Shown: positions 1 to 12,709 of the stretch, one piece after another
Position numbering within the stretch: position 1 is the first letter of the stretch
Layout of the letters: every line of letters starts with the position of its first letter
From: Chiloscyllium plagiosum
Taxonomy: Eukaryota
Assembly (NCBI RefSeq): GCF_004010195.1
Contig: NC_057752.1
Span: 15,769,348 to 15,833,347, forward strand
Length of the DNA stretch: 64,000 nt
Reading direction: 5' to 3'
Position numbers and translations under genes: made by a program
The notes under the pieces: model-generated
What the model was told of the DNA's origin: nothing
Databases searched by the model: none
The model's input: only the letters and a program-made list of their open reading frames with translations

Positions 1-107
1 CGAAACGCCGAATCTCCTGCTCCTTGGATGCTGCCTGATCTGCTGCGCTTTTCCAGCAACACATTTTCAGCTTTGATCTCCAGCATCTGCAGTCCTCACT
101 TTCTCCT
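1..107 (+). mobile_element. Penelope-derived short element fragment (3' part of a hammerhead-bearing family-1 terminal repeat)
   Basis: Starts cgaaacg then ...ggatgctgcctga...ctccagcatctgcagtcctcactttctcc, the same family as 5159-5350 and 58144-58277. Confidence 0.7.
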
Positions 108-2496
108 AAAGGATTGGTTCACTAAAGAATAATGAAGGAAGGTAGTGTGTCAAACCTGAGAGAATGGGTGAGATTCTGAATGATTACTTTGCATCAGTGT
201 TCACTGAGGAGAGAGACATGATGAATGTTGAGATTAGAGACAGAAGTTTGATAATTCTGGATCATGTTGACATAAGTAGGGAAGATGTGTTGGGTAGGCT
301 AAAGGATATTAAGGTGGACAAGTCCCCAGGACCGAATGGGATCTATCCCAGGTTGCTGAGGGAAGCGAGAGAGGAAATAGCTGGGCCCCTGATGCATATC
401 TTTGTGGCTTCCTTAAACATAGATGAGGTGCCAGAGGACTGGAGAGTTACTCATGTTGTCCCCCTGTACGAGAAGGGTAGTAGGGATATTCCAGTTAACT
501 ATAGACCAATGAGCCTGACGACAGTGGTGGGAGACTTGCTGGAGAAGGTACTGAGGGATAGGATCTATTTATATTTAGAAAAGAATAGGTTTATCAGTAA
601 TAGGCAACATGGTTTTGTGTGGGGAAGATCGTGCCATACCAACTTAATAGAGTTCTTTGAGGAAGTGACCAAGTTGATCAATGAAGGAAGAACTGTAGAT
701 GTCATATACATGGATTTTAATAAGGCATTTGATAAGATTCCCCATGGTAAATTAATAGAGAAAGTGAAGTCCACATTGTGCAGGGTTTTACTAGCTAGGT
801 GGATAAAGAACTGGTTGAGCAATGTTAAAAATTACACAACACCAGGTTATAGTCCAACAGGTTTAATTGGAAGCACACTAGCTTTCGGGCGCTGCTCCTT
901 CATTAGGTGGTTGTGGAGGACACAATTGTAAGGCACAGAATTTATAGCCAAAGTTTACAGTGTGATGTAACTGAAATTATACATTGAAAAATACCTTGAT
1001 TGTTTGTTGAGTCTTTTGTCTGTTCGAGTACCATGGCAGTTTCACTTCTTTCATATGTAAATCACAAAACTTTTTAAAAGTTACATTCTCAGGTTAACTG
1101 TAACAATTGATGTTAGCCAGATAATATGTTGAAGGTGTTTGCCCCCTGTGTTCCCTGTCTGTGCCATAATGTTTAGACTGATTCTAATCTAAAAAGTGAG
1201 TTAACAGAGTCTTACATGAATTCATGCAGTTTTTGAGCAAAGTACAATGTAACTCTGCAAGTACAAATTCACCCACAAACATATATGTATACGTGCGCAT
1301 GTGGGTTTTTGTGTGTGTATATGTGTGTGTTTAAAATAGTAACAAAAGCTCCATGACTCTTCAAGGGACCAACTATAATAAAAATTACATGGAGTCACTG
1401 AGGAGGAGATTGGTAAAAGAGAAAGGTTTTAACTAAAAAGAGTTAAAAATCACATAACAACAGGTTATAGTCCAACAGGTTTAATTGGAAGCACCTGCTG
1501 ATGAAGGAGCATCGCTCCGAAAGCTAGTGCTTCCAATTAAACCTGTTGGACTATAACCTGGTGTTGTGTGATTTTTAACTTTGTACAGCTCAGTCCAACA
1601 CTGGCATCTCCAAATCATGGTTAAGCAATAGGAGACAGAGAGTCGTGGCTGAAGGAGTTTCTTGAATTGGAGAAAGGGGACCAGTGGATTCCACAGGGAT
1701 CAATGCTGGGGCCATTGTTGTTTGTGTTATGCATAAATGATCTGGAAGAGGGCACTGTTGGTATGATCAACTAGCTTGCAGATGACACAAGGACTGGTGA
1801 AGTTCAGGTCCATTGTACCCCTGAAGGTTGCTGTACAGGTGGGTAGAGTGGTCAAGAAGGCATTTGGTAGGCTTGCCTTCATCGGACGGGGCATTGAGTA
1901 TAAGAGGTGGCAGGTCATGCTAAAATTGTACATGACGTTGGTTCGGCCGCATTTAGAATACTGTGTACAGTTCTGGTCGCCACATTACCAAAAGGATGTG
2001 GACACTTTGGAGAGGGTGCAGTGAAGGTTTATGAGGATGTTGCCTGGTATGCAAGGTGCCAGCTATGAACAGAGGTTGAGTAGATTAGGTTTGTTTTCAT
2101 TAGAAAAAAAGGAGATTCGGGGGGACCTGATTGAGGTTTACAAAATCATAAAAGGTATAGGCAGGGTAGATAGAGTTAAGTTTTTTCCTAGGGTGAGGGA
2201 TTCAATAACGAGAGGTCACGCTTTCAAGGTGAGAGTTGAAAAGTTTAAGGGGGATACATGTGGCAAGTACTATACACAGAGGGTGGTAGGTATCTGGAAT
2301 GCTTTACCAGCAGAGGTAGTAAAGGTCGGCACATAGATTCATTTAAGATGCACCTGGACAGTTGCATGAGTAGGTGGGGAGCAGAAGGACATAGAATTGA
2401 CTGACAGATTTAGACAGTAGATTTGGATTGGCTCAGGCTTGGAGGGCTGAAGGGCCTGTTCTTGAGCTGTAAATTTTCTTTGATCTTTGTTCTATG
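108..2496 (+). mobile_element. CR1 LINE, 5'-truncated and decayed (RT and 3' end), interrupted at 824-1617
   Basis: ORF fragments KSPGPNG, NYRPMSLT, QHGF, YMDFNKAFD, LVRPHLEYCVQFWSP; tail ending ttctatg. Confidence 0.92.
824..1617. mobile_element. Penelope-derived insertion (family 2) with inverted repeat segments and a minimal hammerhead motif
   Basis: Flanked by 12-bp TSD tggttg/aagcaat (812-823, 1618-1629); CTGATGAaggagc..gctccGAAAgcta at ~1498-1530; fold-back at 1441-1580. Confidence 0.75.
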
Positions 2497-2669
2497 TCAC
2501 CATCTATTTCCTGACATTCTTTATCTTCCACGTCCTTTTCCACAGTAAATATGCAAAATTTAGTATCTCTCTCATCTCCTGCAGCTCCACACAAAGGCCG
2601 CCTTGTTGATCTTTGAGAGGCCCTATTCTGTCCCTAGTTACTCTTTTGTCTCCATCTCAAGGGAAGGTA

Positions 2670-3125
2670 TACATGCCATAGAGGGTTTGCAATGCAGGTT
2701 CACCAGGAATAAGGGCAGACTTAGGTATCCAAGTCTGTATTTTTGAGAGTTTCAAAGAATGAGAGGTGATATAACTGCAACTTATTCTCACTGGGTTTGA
2801 CAAGATGTATGTAGATAGGAAGTTTCCTCTGGCTATTGAACCCATAATTGCGTCCATCATGTCAGAATAGAGGTCAGATCAATCAAGACTGAGCTGAGAA
2901 GAATTTCTTCACTCAGAATGTTTTGAACTCTCTACCCCAGAGAACTTTGGAACTCAATCATTAATCAGGTTCAAGACAAAATCAACAGATCTCTGAAGAT
3001 TAATGACATCAAGGGATTTGGTGATAGTACGAGAAAATGGCATTAAGGTAGATGAACAGACATGATCTACTTAAACTGAAGAGCAGGTTCAATGGGCTGA
3101 ACGGCCTACTCTTTCCTATGTTCCT
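2670..3125 (+). mobile_element. Old CR1/L2-type LINE 3' fragment
   Basis: Degenerate match to the RFTR..PG region, ttcttcactcag, and an aatgg...cctact tail. Confidence 0.6.
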
Positions 3126-3202
3126 AATTCCAATGAATACAAGTGAGTATATCCAACTTTTTCTTATAAACTAACCACACACCCCCCTCCCCAACATTAG
3201 GT

Positions 3203-3406
3203 TAAAGTGAGAACTGCGGATGCTGGAGATTAGAGTCGAGAATGCGGTGCTGGAAAAGCACAACAGATCAAGCAGCATCCGATGAGCAGGAGAATTGAAA
3301 TTTCAGGCAAGAGCCCTTCATCATTCCTGATGAAGACCTTTTGCCCAAAACATTGATTTTCCTGCTTTTTGGATGCTTCCTGACCTGCTGTGCTTTTCCA
3401 GCACCA
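3203..3406. mobile_element. Penelope-derived fold-back mini-element (family 1)
   Basis: gtgctggaaaagcac...ttcatcattcctgatgaag...gtgcttttccagcac inverted arms with a degenerate hammerhead core. Confidence 0.72.
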
Positions 3407-5009
3407 CCCCCTCCCACACTCCCCATCCAAGGTATAAATCTACTGAACCTTCTCAACCCTTCTCAAATGAGCAATAGCATGCTGTCCAATCCTTCCCTGG
3501 ATTAAGTCCTCATACCCTGAACAAGTGCTTGTTCTCTGTTCTTATCACACTCCCACAAATCTCCATAGCTGCTACTCTTCCTAATCCCTACACAGACTGA
3601 GGAAGTTGTGCCATCACATATAGTGGAACACAGCATGTTGAAGATGACAGCTATTACTTGAAAGGACAATTCCTGAAACATCAGAATTAGTAGCTGAATG
3701 AAAAGACTGTCCCACCTACTGTCCACATCTCCCCATTTGAACCTAAACCTCCCTCTGGCTGAGCAGAAATCAGCATGTGCCCACCTTCTTGAATTCCTCA
3801 CCTTCAGATTGGTGTCATAGACATCCCATTGTCACCATTCAGTGACAAGCCCATCAGTGCATTGCTGGAAATCTGAAACAGGGACCACAACAAATGAGGG
3901 AAAAGCACTGCAGGTCAGTCAATTTCTGTGGAGAGAATCAGAATTCACATTTCATGTCAATGATTTTTCATGCTGGTTCTGATTTCCAATATTTCCTGTT
4001 TTGATTTCAAATCTCTAACACTTGCAGTGTTTACATTTGCTTTCCGGAGTATGCATCAGCTAATGAGGTGAATTGGTCAGATTGAGAGCACATATTGGAG
4101 TAACAGTCACCAAATCTCATGTGCATATTTCTTCTACATACTCTCCATCCCTACTCTGTCCTAACAGAAATCCTTGGTGAGCTCACAAGTGGTAGATGGG
4201 GTTGTTTAATTTAACAGCAGGCAAAGCCTTCTAGACAGCCAGTTGAAGTTGTGCAGTGAGGTTCCTAGATCCCTTCATAAGGGTTGGCTTTCATTTCCCA
4301 CACTTAGGAGTATTGTATTCATTTGGTATTTGTTCGCATTTTAAGATAGACATCTCTTTCTAAACCAGAGAAAGAATACAGACATGACTTGGATGATGAA
4401 CTGAAGGTCTCTCCACACATCCAGGAAAAACTAACTTTTCCACTGGACCTGGCTCTCTGTGAAACCAATGCCCAAACTCTGGGGAAACCATATGTTGACA
4501 TTCAACAGTCACAGGCTAAGACAAAACTTAGGCAGACTTCTTGGCCCTTTGCTCAAGTCTCTCCATTGCTAGACATTCTCCAAATAGCATCTCTATCAAT
4601 TCATTTATGGCTGAGTGCAGAGACTCATAATCTGGTTTCCAGCAGCTCTCTGAGCACTGCAGATATTGGCCATATCTTCCTCCTTAGGCCATGGGCCTGT
4701 CTCACAAGATTGTGACCTTGAGCCAACTCTAGACCCTTCACTTGCAGAGGTGAATATATCTGCGCTGGTGAACAGTGGGGTACAATGGCCTTGTTGGTAC
4801 ATCCACTGAAACCTACAGCTGTTCCTCCTTAGATAGAGGCTCAAATGGCTGGGGTTGGGGGAGTGAATGACCCCCTACTCCAAGGTTTGATTAAGAACTT
4901 GCTTGGCATGAAGCAGGGTCTAGCAGATTGGGAGCATTCTCATTCACAAATTCCCCGACTCTCCTGCCAGCTCAGCAGCCTGCTCCTCAAAGAGGGTCAG
5001 AAATCTGAG

Positions 5010-5790
5010 TTGGAGTACAAGAGTAGGAAGTCTTACCGCAAATGTCCAAGGTGCTGGTGAGACTACATTTGGAACACTGAGAACAGTTTTGGCTTCCTTA
5101 TTTAAGGAAAGATATCATTTCATTGGAGGCAGTTCAGAGAAGGTTCCCCAGGATAAGAGTTGAAACTTTATTGCTGGAACAGCACAGCAGGTCAGGCAGC
5201 ATCCAGGGAACAGGAAATTCGACGTTTCGGGCACAGGCCCTTCTTCAGGAATGAGTTTTCCTGTTCCCTGGATGCTGCCTGACCTGCTGTGCTGTTCCAG
5301 CAATAAAGTTTCAACTTTGATCTCCAGCATCTGCAGACCTCACTTTCTCCTTCCCCAGGATAAGACCCAGTATGGAAGGATTGTTTTATGAGCAAAGGTT
5401 AAACAGATTGGGACTCATTGGAGTTTAGAAGGATGAGAGGGGTTATTATTGAAACATAAAGGGGCTTGGCAGGATCAATGTTGAGAGGACGTTTCCCTTC
5501 AAGGGAGAGTCTAGGACCAGAGGGCATTGTCTCAGAATAAAGGGGTTAGTTTAAACTGCAATGGGGAGGTATTTCTTCTGTCAGTTGATTGAGAGTCTTT
5601 GGAACTCCTTGCGACAGAGAGCCATGGGGCCAGAGTCCTTGGACCTTTTTAGGGATTTTGATTCTTGACCAATCGTGGAATGAAGGGTTATGGGAAAAAT
5701 GCAAGAAAATGGACAAGAGGAATGTCGAATCAGCCATGGTCCTATTGAATGGCTAGAAGGGCCAAATGGCCAATTCCTGCTCCAATTTCT
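5010..5790 (+). mobile_element. CR1-type LINE 3' fragment interrupted by a Penelope mini-element
   Basis: LVR.HLE-like DNA, cagagaaggttc, and a 3' tail with aaatggccaattcctgctcc. Confidence 0.75.
5159..5350. mobile_element. Penelope-derived fold-back mini-element (family 1) with hammerhead on the - strand
   Basis: Perfect 15-bp TSD ttccccaggataaga (5144-5158, 5351-5365); the - strand reads CTGAAGAagggcctgtgcccGAAACGTC. Confidence 0.82.
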
Positions 5791-6054
5791 TATGGACTTA
5801 TGTCCTCTCCTGCTCCCTAAACCATCTTTCCACTAGAAAGGCTTTTCTAAAATATCAGCTATTTTCTGTTGAGTCTCTGTCACCTTGGGGGGAGGGATAG
5901 TAAGTGAGGGTGATAAGCAGAGGTTGAGTGGTACTCCCAGGTTAGAGAAAGCGAAGTGCTAAATGAGTGCAGATGACACCAAAATTGGAGGTGTAGCAAA
6001 CAGTGAAGAATGTTACCTCAGTGCACAACGGGATCTTGATCAGATGGAAGAGTA

Positions 6055-8125
6055 CTAAACTGGGCCAAGGCCAATTATATCACAATTCGGCAGGAGCTGG
6101 AAAACATGGATTGGAGGCAGCTATTTGAAGGGAAATCCACATTTGATATGTGGGAGGCCTACAAAGATAGGTTCAAGTAGTGCAGGATAGGCATCTCCCT
6201 TTGAAAGCAGGGAGAGGAAAGGCAAGAGTCGTGAACCATGGATGACAGGAGAAATTGTGCGACTAGCCAAGAGGAAAAGGAAAGCATACATAAAATTCAG
6301 GCAGCTAACAACAGAACCGGTTTTGGAGGAATATCGGGAGGGTAGGACCAATCTTAAATGAGGAATCAAGTGGGCTAAAAGGGGTCATGAAATAACTTTA
6401 GTGAGCAGAATTAAGGAAAACCCCAAGGCCTTTTATTCATATATAAGAAGCAAGAGAGTAACTAGAGAAAGGGTTGGTCCACTAAAGGATAAGGAAGGAA
6501 CGTTGTGTGTGAAACCTGAGAAAATGGGTGAGATTCTGAATGATTACTTTGCATCAGTGTTCACTGAGAGAAGGACTTGATGAATACTGAGATCAAAGAA
6601 GTTTGTTTACTCTAGATTACGTTGACATAAGGAGGGAGGATGTGTTGGGTAGGCTAAAGGATATTAAGGTGGACAAATCCCCAGGACCGGATGGGATCTG
6701 ACCCAGATTGCTGAGGGAGGTGAGAGAAGAAATAGCTGGGCCCCTGACAGATATCTTTGTGGCATTCTTAAATACAGGTGAGGAGCCGAAGGACTGGAGA
6801 GTCGTGAATGTGGTCCCCCTGTTCAAGAAGCGTGGTAGGGATATTCCAGATAACTACAGACCAGTGAGCATGATGTCAGTGGTGGGAAAGTTGCTGGAGA
6901 AGTTACTGAGTGATAGGATCTATTTATATTTAGAAGAGAGGGCTTATCAGTGATAGGCAGCATGGTTTTGTGTGGGGGAGATCGTGCCTTACCAACTAAT
7001 AGAATTCTTTGAGGAAGTCACCAAGTTGATGGATGAAGCAAGGGCTGTAGATGTCATATACATGGACTTCCGTAAGGCATTTGATAAGGTTTCCCATGGT
7101 AAACTAATAGAGAAAGTGAAGTCACATGGTGTGCAGGGTGTTCTAGCTAGGTGGATGAAGAACTGTTTGAGCAACAGGAGACAGAGAGTAGTAGTGGAAG
7201 GGAGGTTCTCGAAATGGAGAAAGATGACCAGTGGTGTTCCACAGGGATCACTGTTGTTTGTGATATACATAAGTGATCTGGAAGAGGGCATTGGTAGTCT
7301 GATCAATAAGTTTGCAGATGAAGATTGGTGAAGTAGCAGAAAGTATAGGGGACTGACAAAGAATACATGAGAATATAGATAGACTGGAGAGTTGGGCGGA
7401 GAAGTGGCAGATGGAGTTCAATCCGGCAAATATGAAGTGATGCATTTTGGAAGGTTTGATATTATAGCGAACTGTACTGTAAATGGAAGAGCCTTGGGAA
7501 AAGTTGATGGGCAGAGGAATCTGGGAATTCAGATCCATTGTACCCTGAAGGCAGCTGCACAGGTGGACAGAGTGGTCAAGAAGGCATATGGTATGCTTGC
7601 CTTCATCGGACGATGTATTGAGTATAAGAGCTGGTAGATCATTTTAAAATTGTACAAGATTTTGCTTTGGCCGCATTTAGAATACTATGTACAGTTCTGG
7701 TCACCACATTACCAGAAAGATATGGATGCTTTGAGGAGGGTGCAGAGAAAGTTTACAAGAATGTTGCCTGGTATGGAAGGTGCTGGCTATGAAGAGAGGT
7801 TGAGTGGGTTAGGATTGTTTTAATTCAAAAAAAGGAGATTGAGGGGGGACCTGATTGAGGTTTACAAAATCATGAAGAGTATAGACAAGCAGGGTGGATA
7901 GAGACAAGCTTTTCCCAGGGTGAGGGATTCAGTAATGAGAGGTCACGCTTTCAAGGTGAGAGGAGAAAGTTTAAGGGGGAATACACGGGGAAAGTACTTT
8001 ACACAAAGGGTGGTTGTTGCCTGGAACGCATTGCCAGCAGAGGTAGTAGAGGTAGATTCATTTAAGGTCTGCCTGGACAGATGCATGAATAGGTGGGGAG
8101 CAGAGGGATATAGATTCTTAGGAAT
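6055..8125 (+). mobile_element. CR1 LINE, decayed ORF2 (tether and RT)
   Basis: ORF fragments NYRPVSM, YMDFRKAFDKV, SGVPQGS, KFADE; same subfamily as 108-2496. Confidence 0.92.
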
Positions 8126-8126
8126 T

Positions 8127-9232
8127 GGACTTCTTTGTGTTTCAAGACACCCAGCACTTCCTCCTCTGTAATATGGATATTTTTCAAGATGTCACCATCT
8201 ACTCCCCTACATTCTATATCTTCCATGTCCTTTTCGAGCAAAATGCTCGTTTAGTATCTGCCCCATATCCTGCAGCTCCACACAAAGGCCGCTTTGCTGA
8301 TCTTTGAGGGGCTCTATTCTCTCCCTAGTTACCCTTTTGTCATTAATGTATTTGTAAAAACCCTTTGGATTCTCCTTAACTCTATTTGCCAAAGTTATCT
8401 CATGTCCTCTTTTTGTCCTCCTGATTTCTCTCTTAAGTATACTCCTACTGCCTTTGTACTCTTTTTAAGGATTCACTCAATCTATCCTGCCTATACCTGA
8501 CATATGCTTCCCTCTTTTTCTTAACCAAACCCTCAATTTCTTTAGTCATCCAGCATTCCCTATACCTACCAGCCTTCCCTTTCACCCTGACAGGAATATA
8601 CTTTCTCTGGATTCTTGTTATCTCATTTCTGAAGGCTTCCCATTTTTCAGCTGCCCCTTTACCTGCGAACATCTGCCTCCAATCAGCTTTTGAAAGTTCC
8701 TGCCTAATACCGTCAAAATTGGCCTTTCTCCAAGTTAGAACTTCAACTTTTAGAACCGGTCTATCCTTTTCCATCACTATTTTAAAACTAATAGAATTAT
8801 CGTTGCTGGCCCCAAAGTGCTCCCCCACCGACACCTCAGTCACCTGCCCTGTCTTATTTCTCAAGGCTAGGTCAAGTTTTGCACCTTCTCTAGTAGGTAC
8901 ATCCACATACTGAATCAGAAAATTTTCTTGCACACACCTCACAAATTCCTCTCCATCTAAATACTTAACACTATGGCAGTCCCAGTCTATGTTTGGAAAG
9001 TTAAAATCTCCTACCATAACCACCCTATTATTCTTACAGAAAACTGAGATGTCCTTACAAATTTGTTTCTCAATTTCCCTCTGACTATTAGGGGGTCTAT
9101 AATACAATCCCAATAAGGCGATCATCCTTTACTTATTTCTCAGTTCCACTCAAATAACCTCCCTGGATGTATTTCCAGGAATATCGTCCCTTAGTACAGC
9201 TGTAATTCTGTCCCTTATCAAAAACGCCACTT
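8127..9232 (-). mobile_element. CR1 LINE endonuclease region; continues at 17903-17962 on the far side of the L1 insertion
   Basis: ORF 8445-9125: YYRPPN, VMVGDFNFPNIDW, LDL, SNDN (APE endonuclease motifs). Confidence 0.9.
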
Positions 9233-11488
9233 GACTCAGCAAGATGGTGGCGATTCTGTAGAACTGCTGTGGACAACTCTGCCTAACAGCCAAGGCATAC
9301 TGGTGTTTTTTGCCATCCCTGGCCAATTTATGTGGTGGAATTATTAGTTTAAAACCTTACAGAACACATATTTGTTAATATGTGGGAGTGGAAACGATGC
9401 CAAAGGGAAAAGGAGCGAGATTACAGCAACAGGGAGGACACTCCCCTGCAGCACCAGGCATACCAGAGACTGCAACAGCAGCAGCCTCTCCTGAACCCCC
9501 CAGGGACTTGACTGACTCACAGGAATTGGCTGCGGCGATGGAGAGACTTACTTTGAAAGTTGCGACTGCGATTGAGGAAATCCATGGGGAGACTCGTGCC
9601 CAGGTCCAACCTATTGCATCCATGCTGCAGAAGCATGAGCAGGGGATTCAGGGCCTCAGGGAGTGGCTGGAGGAGGTGGGGGGTTGAACTAAGGCTTCGG
9701 AAGCTGTGATGGAGTCCTCATCCAGTCGGATCCAGGTGCTGGAGTGAGAGGTGTGAGCCTTGCGAGACCATATTAACAACCTTGAAAATCGAGGTGGGAG
9801 GATAAATCTCCGAACTGTCAGGTTCCCTGAAGGTGAGGAAGGTGAGCAGCCAGTCAGCTTCTTTGAAAGCTGGCTGCCGAAGTTTTTGGGCCTTCACATC
9901 GAGTCCAGCAGGTTGCAGATTGAAAGGGCGTATCGGGTTACAGTGCACAGGTCAGGGCCGGTGCAGCATCCCCGCTCGGTCCTAGCGCACTTTCACTCAT
10001 ATAAGGACAAGCAAAAAGTGATGAAGCTTCTTGATTACTGGGAAAAGATCCGCAGGCACTGCTGTACATGGAGTCAAAAATCATGTTTTTCCAGGATTTC
10101 TCGGCAGCTTTAATTCAAAAGAGGAAGTCCTTCGATGAAGTTAAAAAGAGGCTGAGGAACCTGGGCATCCAGTACTCCATGAGGTTCCCCTCAGTGCTCC
10201 GTTTCAGCCATGAGGACTCCGTTTATACATTTGACTCAGTGGATTAAGGGAAAAACTTTGTAGACACTTTAAAATAGACGGACTGGCCTGAAGAATACGG
10301 TTAATGTTCGTTCTCTTTTTCTTCTTTCAACATGTTTTCCCTTCCTTTTTTATTCCTTTCTTTCTCCCTAATAATTTCTTTTTTGGAAAGGGGGATTAAA
10401 CTGGATTTTCTGATGGGAAATTTTGCGGATATTCTTTGTTGTCTCCCTTTTTTTTGTTTGTTCTGTTTCTCTTTTAGTCACAAGTAGGAGTGACATGAAG
10501 CCAGGGATGGGTGGAGTGCTCATCCTGACTTTGTCTTTTTTCTGTTGATTTTAGGATCATCTTCTTGGTTTTTTTTCCGGCCTAAAGCTGGGGCACAGAC
10601 CAGGTTTGAAGGAGGGGGTGGGTAGGGTGAGTGCCTCCTATGGGCAGGTGGAAGAGTCTTCCATTCAAGGTTTTATAGTTTTATAGTTGGTTTTCGTTGT
10701 AATTTTTTGATAGCAATACGTGTTTGTAGTTAAGATAGAGTAGTTTTTGTATACATAATTCTTCGACTCTATGAGTCTTTATTTACTTGTGCTCGGCACT
10801 TTGTAAGCAAGGATCCCCTCCCAGGGGTTCAAGGGTCTCTGAAAAGGGCTATGGCTAAGTGTCTTATTAAATGGTGCATCTGGAATATCAAGGGAAATCA
10901 TTTGCCTGTTAGAAGGAAAAAAGTGTTTTCTAGCCTTAAGAGGGAAAGGGTTGATATCACTCTGTTGCAGAAAACCCATCTTGATGATGGGGAACATCTG
11001 AAGTTACAACAGGGGGGTTATGACTGAGTATTCTTTTCATCCTTTATTACTAAAAGTAGGGGAGTGGTGGTACTTATCCAGAAAAATCTTCTGTTCACAT
11101 TATTAGAGCAGGTGAAAGATGAGCAGGGACGGTTTGTGATACTTAAAGCCCTCATAGATGGGGAGAATATGGCATTTTAAATGTCTACTGTCCTCTGGCG
11201 CATCCCCTCAAATTTTTGATTAGCGCTTTCTCTAAGCTGAGTGCTTTTGGAACATGGCACATTATTATAGGGGGGGGGGATTTTCATTGGCTCTTGGATC
11301 CGACAGTGGACAGGATGCCTAGTGGGCCCCCAACTATTTCTTCACAGGCCAAGCAGGTGGCTGGCCTATGCAAGGAGTTGGGGCTGGTGGATATTTAGAA
11401 ATGGCAGGGACTTTTTTCCAAACCCACATAAATGCCACACGAGGATTGATCTCTTTCTGGCTCCCTCAGCCCTTCTAGATTTGATCTG

Positions 11489-11789
11489 CGGTACGGTGGC
11501 ACAGTGGTTAGCACTGCTGCCTCACAGCGCCAGAGACCCGGGTTCAATTCTGTGTGGAGTTTGCACATTCTCCCCGTGTCTGCGTGGGTTTCCTCCGGGT
11601 GCTCTAGTTTCCTCCAACAGTCCAAAAATGTGCAGGTTAGGTGAATTGGCCATGCTAAATTGCCTGTAGTGTTAGGTGAAGGGGTAAATGTAGGGGAATG
11701 GGTCTGGGTGGGTTGCGCTTCGGTGGGCCGATGTGGACTTGTTGGGCCGAAGAGCCTGTTTCCACACTGTAAGTAATCTAATCTAATCT
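11489..11789 (+). mobile_element. HE1-type tRNA-derived V-SINE inserted in L1 ORF2
   Basis: A box tggcacagtgg, B box ggttcaattc, V-domain gtgtggagtttgcacattctccccgtg, (taatc)n tail. Confidence 0.88.
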
Positions 11790-12709
11790 TGATTATGGAT
11801 TGTAAAATTGGGAATATATAGCTATCTCTGACCATGCGGTGGTATATTTGGAAGCTAAGGCCAAGAGTGAGGGGTTAGGTTTGCGGACTGGCGTTTGGAC
11901 CCTTTCCTCCTTAAGGATTCCAAATTTGTGGAATATGTTTTGAACGTGTTTCAGGAATTCTTGACTATCAACTCAGGCATAACTAGTAGTCCGTCCATGC
12001 TATGGGAGACTGCTAAGGCCTTTGCTAGGGGATTAGCTATTTCCTGTTCGGCTAGCCGGAAATAACAGAAGGAGGAATAGCAGCATCTACATGAGACGTG
12101 GTTGAAAGCCGCCGAGGCAGCACATTTTGCACGGCCTTTGATGATTAAGCTACAGTGGATCGTGGCCCTTCAGGCTGCTTTGAATTCAATACTGAAACAA
12201 AAAGCAAAGAAAGAACTTGCTTTTGCTAGACAAAGGCTGTTTGAGCATGGGGATAGGCCAGGGAAGTATTTAGCGTACCTGACGAGGAAAAAGCGTGCTC
12301 CCCAATCCATTACTGCAATCAGAGGCAGCACCGGGGTCCTTACATATGATGCTAAAAAGATTAATGAGGCTTTTTGGAGTTTTTACTCTGAATTGTATCA
12401 GACTGACGGTTGTGAGGACAGGGAGGGCTAAAATGGTGGCCTCTTTTAAGAACCTGCACCTCCCAGAGGTGACCTTGGAACAGGCCTCCCTCCTTAATGC
12501 CCCCTTGACAGCTCAGGAAATACAGGAGGCAGCTGGGCAACTTCAGAGTGGGAAAGTGTCTGGCCCTGATGGTCTTCCGGGTGAGTTTTATAAGGAGTTT
12601 ATAGGGATTCTGTCAGGGCCAATGTTGGAGATGTACAATCACTCCTATATGCATGAATGTCTACCACCATCTTTGAGAGAAGCTAATATTTCCTTAATTC
12701 TTAAGAAGG

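Noticed and set aside
4300-5000. Several 60-108 aa ORFs in non-repetitive-looking DNA
   Set aside because: No recognisable motif or splice-compatible partner; probably a very old decayed element
11489-11560. tRNA-like A and B boxes here and in the other SINE heads
   Set aside because: No complete cloverleaf; these are SINE heads, not tRNA genes
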